Source of the DNA: Seison nebaliae
Taxonomy: Eukaryota
Direction of reading: 5' to 3'
Assembly: GCA_023231475.1 (NCBI GenBank)
Contig: JALJEE010002082.1
Location: forward strand, 1 to 56,787
DNA: 56,787 nt
Shown here one piece after another: positions 25,370-38,300 of this stretch; position 1 is the first letter of the stretch, and the number at the start of each line of letters is the position of its first letter. The position numbers and the translations under genes were made by a program. The notes under the pieces were generated by a model. The model ran no database searches. It was given only the letters and a program-made list of their open reading frames with translations, and had not been told where the DNA came from.

Positions 25370-26420
25370 ATGACCATTCAATATACCGACGAGAAGAAGA
25401 TCGATATGAGTAATTGGATGTCGTTGTTAAACGAGCAAACGATTAATTTACCGTTAACGGATTTGTGTATTCCAGGTTGAATTTTTAAAGAAATTCAAAT
25501 TTCCATAAAACGGTTTGATAGGAAGTCATAATTCGGCGACGAGTTATCTCAATCCGAAAGATGGAGTAGCGATCGATGAACCTGAATCCATAAGGAAAAT
25601 AGTTGGTTACTCGTCATGTATTGGAATGAGAATTCTCTCCAATTGGAGTCATTGTCAATCCAAATCGATAACTGATCAATTAGAATGTGGAGTTCGATAT
25701 TTCGATATTCGTCTCGGAGTTCTCCTCCGCGAAACAAGGAAAATAAATGAGGAGAAATTGGACGATGACGAAATTCAAATGTATTGTTGTCACGGCTTAT
25801 ATGGTGATGTGATTTATGAAGTCATTTCAACAATTATCGATTGGCTCAATTCTCATACGAGAGAGATAGCGATCATCGATATAAACCATCTCTATTTCAA
25901 TCAACCAGATGAATCGGATAAATTCGCTACAATACTCGATCATCGATATTCCGAATTTGCTTATCCGATTAATGAATTGATTCCATCCATATCAGAGATG
26001 ATAGAAAAAAAAAGACGAATTCTAATGATTTATCAATATCCAACGAGCATCCATAGAGAATACTTATGGAATAAAAAAACCATTATATCGCCTTGGAGGA
26101 ATTCTGCCGATCCGCAAACTATCTACAAATTTTTATTATCCAATTTTTGGAATCGATATAACGGGGAAAGTATCACTCCTAATCAATTATACGTCAATCA
26201 AGCCATTTGTACACCGACGACTGGAACGATCGTGAAAAATTTTTATTCAAATCTCCGAAAATGTCTCGTGTGTAAAATGAACGAAAAATTATTAAATTTG
26301 CTGAATAGTTTAATGGCGAATGATGAGAGGAAAAGAAAAGCATTAAATATTATCATTCTCGATTTCATAACAATTCAACTCGCACAAAAAATTGTTGAGG
26401 TAAATTTTCTAGTACGATGA
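25370..26420 (+). CDS. PI-PLC X-domain-containing protein (PLCXD-like), 2 exons
   Basis: NWMS..LTDLCIPG/SHNS across intron 25476-25521, plus QLECGVRYFDIR, CCHGLYG, REIAIID and LNIIILDF. Confidence 0.9.
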
Positions 26421-26535
26421 AAAAAACCAGATGGCACCACCTGCTTCCATTCTTCTTCCTCTGTCAAAGAACAATAAATTACGTTTTCATTTAAACTTTT
26501 CATTAGTCTATTCCATTTCTTTTCATCATTTTTTC

Positions 26536-29500
26536 ATGTCGATGATGGAATTATTTATTTTATTTTTCATCATTCCATTCCTCCATTCCATTATTATTAT
26601 TGACAAATTAAACGATCCTCATCATCTTCATCATAATGACTCGTTTGACATAAAAGTTCAATTGACTGAAGAAACTGTTCGTCGATTAAAATGGTCGTCT
26701 TACGATTTAAAATTGTTGATAATAGTCACAGGAAAATCATTTCATGATAATTCAATAAAATTATTCCATTATCACTACATCGAATTATCTGCCACCGATT
26801 TAGTAGAAGAGAAAACAATCAAATATAATTTTCAATTAACGAATTCCATAAAATTTAAAATCGATTCATTGACCAAACGAGAATATTGTGAAAAGAATAA
26901 TTTGAATTTTAAAGAAGTTCTGATGGTTGTTACAATAATTCCAGAATTCCGTTGGAATGAAAGTAACAGAAAAGAATTTGACAAGTTCATTTTGAAAAGA
27001 ATTCCAAATTTTCAATTGATCCAACAATTCTTTCATAAATATACTTTAATTAATTCACATCGTCGTGAATTGACGAAAATTCGAATTGAAAATATTCATT
27101 TATTTACTGAGGACCGCAAAGACTGTTTCCAGATTATTCCATGGTTTTCCTATCAATTACCATCATTATCTCGATTTTGTCAATGTCATATTGAAAGATG
27201 TTTAATCTCATTCTCATAATTGTTATAATTATCTCCAATTATTGTAGTTATGGGAAGGAATAAGAACATTCACAAATTAGTTTCATTCCCGTTAATTCTA
27301 AATGGGAAATCTTATGGGAAAATTATTCGACTACAATCCATTTTGTCAAATGTCGATGAGAATGAAAGACGAAAATTAATTAGCTCGCCACGAATAACAA
27401 TTTCTCTCATTCTTTACATACGTCAAATTCACAATCCGAATATCAACAACATTTACAGTATCATCTACACATCGTTTAGCAACGATACTTATGATGGATT
27501 CGTTTTCAGTTTAACTAACGAAAGTTTCTTCATATAAATTTACCATTTTAATCTATCGATAAAAATGTGAAGAATTCTTGGCAATGTACATCTATAAAAA
27601 CGGAATACTTCAGAATTCTGCCAGAGGCATATTCAAAATACCCATAAGAAGATGGTGTCTAATTTCATTACATTTCACAATCAACTACGTTAATTTTATC
27701 ATTCCATTCATTTATCTTTTTCCTCTTCAGTGGAATATCGAAGTGAGTTGCAAAGACAAAAACGACAATCTCATCAAATACATCGGAGTTGCGAGATTCA
27801 AGTTCTATTGAAATTTTAAATTAAAAAAAAAATTTCATTGGAAATAGTTTCAAGAATTATTTGTTTCATTTAGATGATACAAAAATTAATATAAATATCG
27901 GAGGTAACCAATTATTGAAGAGTGTGACTGGAGTTTTATTGGAATCGAAAATTTATCGAAATCAAATTATTCCTCATCGAAATGTTTAGTATTAATAATA
28001 TGAAAAATTTATATTAATCATCTTCACCGTCATTTTTTGGAAACAGCTCGTAATATATTTAAGATTGGCTGATATTAAATCTTATTTGAATGAATTTCAT
28101 TCCGAACACAAATGTTTCCTCAAACGAATGAAAACCGAAATTGCACTGGATAATTTCAAGGAGAAACAACGAAATTTATCGATTTCTTCCTATGCTCCAA
28201 AACATTTTTTTCATACAACAAATGAGAAAAATATTTGTTTGATAACTGATCGAAGTATTGAAGATATTGTGGGGACATTGAAGAATGGTATTAGTGATCT
28301 CGTTCCGTTAACAAAAGAAATTTTATTAAAGAAACATTTGAATTTTTTAAAACTTTCAAATATAATAAAAATTTACGTAATGGACAATTGGAAAGCGGTT
28401 ACGGTTTAATATTACTTTATTCAATCATTCTGTTTTTTAGTTTATCAATACGAATATAGACGAGAGTATTCGATTATTAGAAACATCTGCTTGTTTCGAC
28501 GATGCGAAATCGTCGAATATTTTAATCGTTTTATTCTATTATGAAATTGGAAGAGGAAAAAATGTGGAAGAATTTCGAAGAAAAGTTTTTCTTTTTAATT
28601 ATCATTAATTATGTCATTCTATTTGAGATTAGAGTTTATCTTACATCATTGAAGGAATTTATAGGAACGATAAATTATCACTACAAATAATGGCAATGTG
28701 GTTAATTAACGGAAATAATTTATTGGGTATACCAATCGATCATGAACAAGCATTTGGTTCTTTTTCAAATTATCATATTTTTTTCAAATTTCCGTTAGTT
28801 TATTTAGAACAAATTATGGAGTTGCATCTGATTGATATGATCAAACCAAAATCAGATGAAGTTCATTTATTCGAAATGAAATTTTCATATCTTTTTAAAA
28901 GTCTTCTTTAGATTCATTCCGATTTACTAATAGTCAAAAATTGGAGTCCTACAATAAACTTGACCAACATTCAGATACATTTCAATTCGTTTTAAATCAG
29001 GCAAGAAATGGTGTGAAAAATGCCAAAGTTCGTATTATTGAAAATTTTGGAAAAGATCATTCAATTGATAGTTACATGCTGCAAATTTATTATTCCAAGG
29101 AACTAATGGTATTCGAAGGAATTTACAAATGGCCATGAATTTTTATCGAGACGCTATTGATGATAATCAACCTCAAATGATGACAGACTTTGGAATAAGA
29201 GTACTTAATGTTAATTAATATTTTTAGTGTTAAATTCAAAAAATGTTATCAGGGTGTTGGACAGAAAGGTAATTCAACGGAAGCTAAAGAAGTATTGAAG
29301 AAATCGATTGAATTGGTATTCTATTTCCAAATTTATTAAAGTTAATTAGTAGTCAGGGCGATCATCGTGCTTACAGTCCAATGGGTTACATCGCCTTAAA
29401 TATCGAGAGAGACATATCAAAGGCGATTTTCTATTGGGAAAAAGGTTTCAATAAAACGAAAGATCCATCTTGCGCTTACAACTTAGCACAGATGTGGTTG

Positions 29501-30723
29501 GCAGGTAAATATCCGAATAAAACTCAAAATATTGTTAGAACTTAATTTCGAAAAATTAACCCAAAACCCACAACATATCAGAGTTTGGCTTGGGAGTATA
29601 TTTCGCACAGTGCTATGAAAGGCTTCATTTATGCTCAACGACAAGTATCCGTGTGGAATATGAAAGGACATTACGTCCAGCGAAATGTTTATTTGTCAAT
29701 TCAGTTTGAATTATTCTTCCAAAAATTTGTTTAGTTAAAATTGAAATTATATTAAAAAGATGGGCATTGTCAATAGCGAAGGCGTCGAATATCTACGGCA
29801 TTCTAACAGAAGAAGCATTTCGAAAATATTTCAAAAATGATCTGTTTCTATTTTCATCTTTCTTTTCATTTGAATTCAATTACTTGGAATAGATATTATT
29901 CCGCAATAATTTTTGCCCAAAGTTCTCTAATATATTCGTATGATGGAAAATTCAATTTAGCACATCTTTGTTACGAACATCCGGTATTTTCATTTCGTTC
30001 TTCTAGTTCGCTTATATTTTAATATTATTCTTTTTCCTTTCTTTTTATGGTATAGAAAATAGAAAAATTTTTCGGAAGTAAATGTTCGATGACATTGTTC
30101 CGGATGTTAGATAGTGAGGTTTCCGTTTTCCAAAATGATATATTCGGTTGGTCTTATTCTCATTTTATAGTCTAATTTATTGTATGTTCTCTGTACTCTT
30201 CAAAGTTTATGAAAGTTTAATTGATTTTTATTATAAAAATCGTGGAACGTCCAGTGAATCAATAAAACTATTATTTCTAATTTCAAATAAATTATTACAA
30301 CGAAATCATCCAAAAGTTATTTCATCAAATTTATGTCGAAATCAAATTGATAAATCTTATTAGCCTTATTATGTTCTGGGAAGAACGTTTGAGACAACTC
30401 AAGTAAATATATCTCATAATTTAAAATTGGTAGATCGGTTGAATCGAATGAATGGAACGTCGAGGGAGATTGCAATTCAATTATTTTCAAAGTTTCATTT
30501 TATTTTTTCTTTTATTATTCTTATTATTTGTTTGTAGATGTCAAGAAACTGAAACATTTCTAATGAAGATCATTTGTACATTCCATGAATATACTCTAAT
30601 CCTGGAAGAGTTTCATATACATGTTAGATTTTTTGTTTTCCATCAATTTCTATTTTAGAATGACGATAGATAACGGAAATAGTTTTGGGAATCATTTTAA
30701 TATTTTTAATTTGTCTCCGTTAA
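26536..30723 (+). CDS. SEL1L3: SEL1L3-like protein (signal peptide, LamG-like region, Sel1 repeats, C-terminal TM), about 21 exons
   Basis: Manual assembly across 20 short introns gives Sel1 repeats (LLFQGTNGIRRNLQMAMNFY, GVGQKGNSTEAKEVLKKS, AYNLAQMWLAGKYP, FNLAHLCYEHP) and ends ITEIVLGIILIFLICLR*. An alternative in-frame ATG lies at 26431. Confidence 0.72.
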
Positions 30724-30825
30724 AAATAAATAAAATAAATGGAAAATAATGTGGTTATTCTCATTTGTTAAAATTGATGAAACATCCTTCCATTCGATAA
30801 AATAAATTAGACTGGTTTCTTGAAA

Positions 30826-32367
30826 TTAATTGATGTAATTTGAATATTGAAAAAGGTTCGGCCCGTTGCTCATCAACTCATTTTTGACGGTGTTCAATTG
30901 ATTAGTTAAATTATCGGGAGGACTGACAACATTCTCCGATGAATCCTTCATTGGCTTACAGTACTTATAGCGATGATTCATATGTTGAGAATAAGAACCT
31001 GTATCAGGAAAATAGAACTTAAACTTAACATTTAATTAATTTTCATCGCTAACCGGAATGACTAAATCGTTTCATACATTTGTTGCATTGAAATGGTTTC
31101 TCTCCCGTATGCAATCGAGTGTGCTCCGCTAAATGGTGTTTGTGTTTGAAAGCTTTGTTGCAGATATTGCAACCGAATGGACGAATACCTAAAAATCAAT
31201 TTTAAAAAAATTTCATTAATTTAACATTAAAATAATAATAATTTTCTAACCGGAATGTTCATATTTATGTCGAGCTAAAGAACTTTGTTTACTGAACGTC
31301 TTGTCACATTGATTACATGAGAATGTCGTTTCTTTACCATTCTCCGAATTATTATTATTATTATTATTATTATTATTGTTATTATTAATGTTATTATTGT
31401 TATTGTTGTTATTAACATTTCCATTATTATGCACCGTCGAGAACTTTTTTTCAACTTTCTCTTTTTTCATTGTTGGATTTCGTCGTTTGTATCGACGTTT
31501 GACATGTCCATTCGAATTCTGAACAGGAATACAATTCATAACATTATTGCCGATATTCAGGAGTGCTTGTATGTTCGTAAGTGATAAATTTGATGACGTC
31601 ATCAATGACGGATTAGTACCGTTCAGAAGATTATTCGGACGCTTATTGATCAATTGTTCATTGGTAGATGAACTATCAACATTAATATTTGTCAACGGAT
31701 TATGTCCGTTCGGTTGAGGTGGTAACAATGTAGATGGCAGATTGAAATTAGTCGGACAATTATTTTTTGATAATTGTTCCAGTGAATTAGAGATGGAATC
31801 ATTCATTTTCTTTCTCAATTGGTTACGACATTGAAATTGGAGGAATGCAATTAAGAAATTAGCAGCTACATTTGGATTATTCTTTAATGAATTTCCTTCG
31901 TTCACTAATTCGAGAGGTTTCTCTTCTTTCACTTCTGTCTCCAAATTACTTTTCTCCATTTCTTCCATTTTTATTCGTTTGGGTAATTCTCCCGGTTCCA
32001 GTAGGTCCGTCTCATTCACTTTCTTCTCTACTAAAGTATTATTAATCTGATCTTCCTTTTTTGCGAGTAATTGCAAAATGTTGAAAACATTATTGATCTG
32101 TTCATGTGAATCAGTTATCTCACTTTCACCCTTATTCGATGACGATGCAGAAGAATCAGTTTCAGTCTATATATATTCAGTATGAAATATATTTAAATAA
32201 TTTAAATAATTGTGACTAACTGAATCGGAATTGGTATTATAAGAATGCCAATCATCATGTGAGGAATAATTCGATTCGATCATGGAAAGAATTGAACAGA
32301 AGTTCGTTTTCTTTGAAGATGGAACAACATCAGGTTTAGTTGTAACATTCCCATTAGACATTAGCAT
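30826..32367 (-). CDS. ZEB/zfh1/zag-1-like zinc-finger factor, 4 exons, about 456 aa
   Basis: C-terminal ZEB cluster [23 protein letters not shown] / [24 protein letters not shown] / [20 protein letters not shown]. Introns 32167-32220, 31189-31250 and 30999-31053. Confidence 0.9.
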
Positions 32368-35300
32368 AATCGAAGAAGATGAATTCGGTTCGAAGTAAAT
32401 CGTGAATTCAATTCAATAAATAGAAAATCTATTCGAGGAAAAGTTGAAGGAGATATAGAAATGGGGAGATTCGAAATGATATGGTGATGGAAATGTGATG
32501 GAAATCAGACAATTTAGGAATTTCGGCGAATGAGTATAAAAAATTTTGGAAAAATTATGAAGACGGGAGGAACTATTGTTTTTTCGATCATTCGAACAAC
32601 TTGCATACCCAGAGGCGATTGGAAGAGTACTTGTCGGCACTTATCTATCTATTTCTATCCTCCGAACTAATCTTCATCGGAATATTATTCAGTGATAATC
32701 GAATACCAGAAGCGATTAGAGTCGTCCGCTTAAAACGAATGATAAGGTGGACAGAAAAGTGATGGAGAAAGTTGTGTTGAATGAAAGATTCGATTATCGG
32801 ATGAATGTATTCATTCAGTTGTCTTTATGACAGCATGAAATGGAAGAGATTCATGTCGAATGAATGGAGAGAAGAGATCACTTAAAAGATGATGATATTG
32901 GAATGAGAAGAAAAAGATTATCATCATTTATATGACAGTCTAATTATATGGAATAGAAGAAATGAATTAGAGAGAGTTGGAAGAACGAAGGTGCCTCCAA
33001 GCGATCAAATTTCGATATTCGTACGAGTTTTCCTTCTTTCTTCTCAATTCAATTCTCGTAGCAGTGAACTACCGCCAATTGTATCTTTGTCACCATATTA
33101 AACGTGACAGTGCGCATCGTTGAGCAGAAAGTTAATTATCAGATAACATTTAATCGAACATCAATCCAACACCAACAACATCCTCACTTTCAATCACTTC
33201 ACAAATGGGGATAAGAAATCAAAATGAAGAAGAGAAGACCAGAAAGAAGATAGCGACACATCATCGTTAATATGCACGAAACGAAAATTGCACATTCAAA
33301 CTAAACTACAAGTTATCTTTCTATCAATCTATTAATATCCTCACATACGAGCACTCATATTCAGCGACTCGATCACTGATTCAGTCATATATATGTGGAC
33401 ATATATGTCTCTCACTTCTGTCCCTTAATCATTTCACGTTCGCTAATCAACTAATCACCAACATACCAAACTCACAACTAATAAAAGGAAAGAAAGTATT
33501 TTTTTAATGATTTGCATAATCGATCCCACTCATTTGAATGATAAGTCAAATAACCATATCTGTCGTTTGGCGGGGAGATGTTAATCGAATTGCAACTGCT
33601 GTTGCCGTCGTCAATTGCGTTCAAAGTCGACAACAAACATTTCCTCCTTTCCCAATCCCCGATACTAACATTCACTGAGAAAAGTTCACATTACACGAGA
33701 GGAGGAATGATGGATGTTGAAAGAAAACAGCGAGAAAGAAAATAAAGAAGTAGGTGCCACTTCGAAAGTTGTTGGACGAATTGTTCATTACTGATTCCTT
33801 TATAGTTTCATTTCCTTTCACTAATTTCGTGCAAATTCTATTAGTTCGTCCCGAATGTTTTTCCTTCCACTCGTCAAGTGACAACAATTAACCAAAACGT
33901 ACGTAATCAACTCGAACTGAGGTGCCTGCGCCGGAGAGTTGAGAAAGAAAAGTCATTTGGAGAACAATAATAATTGGGAAATCCTCTTCTTTCTTTCCAC
34001 TCAATTCACCAAATCTTTCCTTTTCTTTGTTTGTCATATGAGCTTGCACCAATCACTTAACATAATCATAATTATGATGACCTTCTCACTTATCATTTAA
34101 TCACTTTTCAACAGTCATATTTCCTTCTTTTTCTCCCCCCAATAAACTGCTCGTTACCGACAGAGCATCTTCTCATAGAGATGGAGAAAATATTGGAATT
34201 ATTCGGAAAACTATTATTTGGAAAGAGTATCTATCACCTATTCGGTGAGAACGACGAATTAAACTCACGGAAATCGTAATAAGTTCGTAACAATAGACAT
34301 CGTAATAAAATGGAATGGAGAATGATGAATAGAAGAAAATGAAAAAGAAGACTATAATTTGGTATAGATTTGTGAGGAAGAATCGCATGATATTAAACAT
34401 GCATCCCATTCGATCCTATTCAAAATGGATGATGACCCTATGTGCACCTATACACTATTGTACACCGTATAATGGAATGTCACCAATATTGTCTTTAGAA
34501 AACTCCTATCCTACCCACCATACCCCTTCTCTCATTCTCACACTGCACATCATCGGTAGTTGTGAGGAGAAGAATATAGAAATTTTATTTTTTTATCCCC
34601 CTCCTCAAAACTTATATAAAACACATTAATATCATTCGTCTTCCACCATTCCCACCCAACACTTCATCAATACCGTCTCGTTCGTTTGGTGTGGTATATG
34701 AAGATGAGTCTTATTATATTAATGTAAACGAATTCTTCCCATTATTATGGGTTACACGCACAGTCTGTGATTGATGTATCGTTTCTTTCTCCTTTATTTG
34801 ACTCTGCTCGCTCTCCTTTATTCCCGCACTGCATAAGATAACATTACGCACATATACGACATTCGACGGAAACTACTACCTGCATTCTACTCTGCAATCT
34901 GAATTACCTTTTGTCTCAATTCGGAGAACATTGACTTTATCTGATTATCTTCAGTTGCAATCTCTTACTATCAACACATTCTCAATTATCGAGAGGATTC
35001 CTCCATTCTCCATTCGAACTCTTCTCACATATGACGAGCGAACGAATGAAGATAATGTCGATGTGATAGAAGAAAAAGAGTTTCATTAACGAACCAATCG
35101 TTGACATTATCTTAATTTCACTCAGGTACAATTTCGCGCTCAATCAATCTTCAGGTAAAGGAATTATAAGGAGAAATCGGCCAATCAGAAAAAAGGTAAA
35201 CGAGAAATGACTTTCTTTTTTTCTCTCTTATTTTGTGCAAATAAAATGCACAGACTTATTTTCCCCATCATCTCTCTCATATAAATGAGTTTGCATTTGT

Positions 35301-38300
35301 GCCAATAAATTCGTTGCATAATCTCTTCACTCTTTCATAATTCGTGAAAAGAATAGTTGTTGAAATGATAGATAAATTGAATCGATTGGAGATTTGTAGG
35401 GGAATTAAATGAAATAATGGGAACACCTCGTCGAAATAGGAGATGAACAGCATGAAATTGTTAATCGATGGAAAATCTTATCGAATGGTAATATGAGTTT
35501 AATGGTACAATGATATTAGACAGACTGAATAAAAAAAAAATTTTAGATGTTTACAATTTTTCGATGAGAACAATAAAATTTTCCTTTCTTGCATTTCTTT
35601 TAATAATTCTTTTGATTCTCATTAATTTTTAGACAAATGAAGACCGTTATTGTTTCAAGACACAGACACGCATCAAATTCAACAAACTTTCCAATTTTCT
35701 TATTACTCAAGAAATTTGGGAGAGATATTATTAAATAAATATTTTCCAGATTTGAGTGGAAGATACGAGAATAAGAAAGAAGAGAAATTTGTCTTGATTG
35801 TTGAGAGTAGATAAGAAAAGAACGTGAAACGTAATTCCAATACAACGTGCAACAATGATCAACAAGAACGTGTTAGAATTTTTGAGATAGACAATTATAA
35901 ATAAAAAAAGGAATAATTTCTATCTAACAGATGTATTCAAGTACTTTACTTTTCTACTTTCTTTATCTCATTCATAATTCTCATAATGAGAATCACTTCT
36001 ACTCGCCATTAACAACAACAATAGAATGATGGGTTTTTTCTGGGAAGAATCCACAAGGCTCCATCCACCACCATCTAATTGAAACAACAAAAACTTTGAA
36101 AATATTCTCATCATATAAAAAAGAAAGAAATTCACAAGAGAAAGAACTTTTATTGTTAGATAAATAAAATTCCTGATTTGAATTTGTTGAAGGAGAAAGT
36201 GGAGATACGTAATGGGAGACTTTCCTGAGGAAACATTAATTATATTCCATTCAAATATTCGTTGGAGAAGATTAATTAGTGAGTGAAATTATATCATGTC
36301 ATCAAGGATGACAGAAATCAGAAAGAAGAACGGTTGAGAAGAAAGTGGCTGATGAGAAGAAAGAAAGTAAAAGGAACGAAACGATGATAACATCTTCCTG
36401 TCGTAATAACTTGTTTATATTATTATACCGTCTTATCATGAACGTTGACGCAATCTCCACAATAGTCGATTAATAATACATGAAAAAGTAACATGTTTCA
36501 ATTCTTCTAGTTTGATGCTGATGATGATGATGATGATAATGGTAATGGTAATGATGATGTTGTTTGTGAAGATAATAAAGAATATATATAATATGCCGAT
36601 CATGGAGAGTGATTTCTTTTTATTATTTAATTTTTGTCATCTTCCACGATTGGTAAATGGATGAAATTAATAATAATGAAATGAAACATAAAACGACGAT
36701 GTTATGCAACTGAAAAGTTAGTGAGGCATTGCAACGTATAAGTTTTTTGTTCTTACTTTTCCTAAAAGACGAACCGGTGTTGTTGCCTAAACAACCACCG
36801 TTTCACTCACTTCAATTAATTACCAACTCTTTCCTAAATCACGACACAAAAGACGAAACGTCAGTGATAGTCAGTCAGTCGCGTACCAAACAAGAAATTA
36901 GAGATGACTTCATAAACGATGTGAGAGTAGCAGCAGCAGAAGCTTTCGAATAACGATGGGAAAATATCGTTGAAATAATAGGGTGACTCATGTCATATCA
37001 TTATTTCAATTCATTTATTTCACACATGAACGCCAGGAATGTAGTTCGAGCATTTGGGAGGAAGATATCGAGTTGATCATTTTTAGAAAATCCAAAGAGA
37101 AATTAAGAATTGAAATTAGTGACGAAACTGAAGAATAGGAGAAAAGGTGACACATTTCACATTGGAACGAAGTTTTTTTCTTCGCCAGTTGCTCATTCAC
37201 TGGATTTATTCCTCCCGAAGAAAATTAACCTCAAAAAAAAATGAGAAAATGAATTTTACAAATTCTTCTCATCCAAATGGAATATTGTTGGGAGAGAATG
37301 ATTAAATTAGTTCGATTCTAAAATAAACATGAGAGAAAAGAAGATGATGAGCTAATTAGATGTGATAATAGAGAAGGAGAAGAAGAAATGGATGAAGCAG
37401 CCACACTGCTACCATCATTTAGTGGTGGAGAGGCAATTAAATTGACTATTGTGCCATCTCTTCAATCGACTACCGATCTATGCCATTCTTATTTGTTATA
37501 ATAAAGTTAAAAGGATGAAGAAAGAATTATGGAATACGATCGAATATAATGGACCAAATCCGGCTGAGATGAAAGTCGAGTGAATGTTTAAATAAATTTA
37601 TTGTTTATTTGAACTCTATTCGATTATATAAGTTACAAGAAAATGAACATCCCTCACCAAACCATTCGGCACTACTACTCATGTCCATTGATGTCCTTCT
37701 CGTGTTCTGCACATTTTTCTAATAAATCCCACGAAAATCATCTTTTGAACTTCCAATGTCTTAATCAGTTTGAAGATGGATTCATTTAGATGAGACTCTA
37801 TTCGATATCCATTCTCGATAGTTAGACTCGATTCTATTAGAAAGTTCGAATGGATGAATGTTGATCATCCGGGAAATCAAATGAAATGATCGGAATGTAT
37901 TAACTTTCGTCATTGAAACGGAAAATCAAATAGATAAAATTTGTGAATGACACTCTACTACCATTACATGAGAAATTTAATTTGAAATACATTATGATAT
38001 CGATGATAACGATTGAGAATGCCGAAAATCATTCGAATGTGCAACAATCCATGCAATCGTTCCACTTCAAATTGATGACTTCTCTATCGATCCAAAAAAA
38101 ACTTCTCTTTCAATTGGAAGATGATGGAAATATTAATGATGATTCGCCGCTCTCACACGTTTCAAAAGAAACATTAATTTTATTGGTCTCCTGTGTATCA
38201 AGACATCGATCATAAGATCATTGTACGGATGAGAAATAAATGATTTTTCACCATTCTCATCTGTATTCTGATGTTAAGAGAATCGATTGATTTTCGTTCG

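Noticed and set aside
30403..30433. Apparent GTA..TAG intron in SEL1L3
   Set aside because: Splicing it creates an immediate stop while reading through keeps the frame, so it was not counted as an intron.
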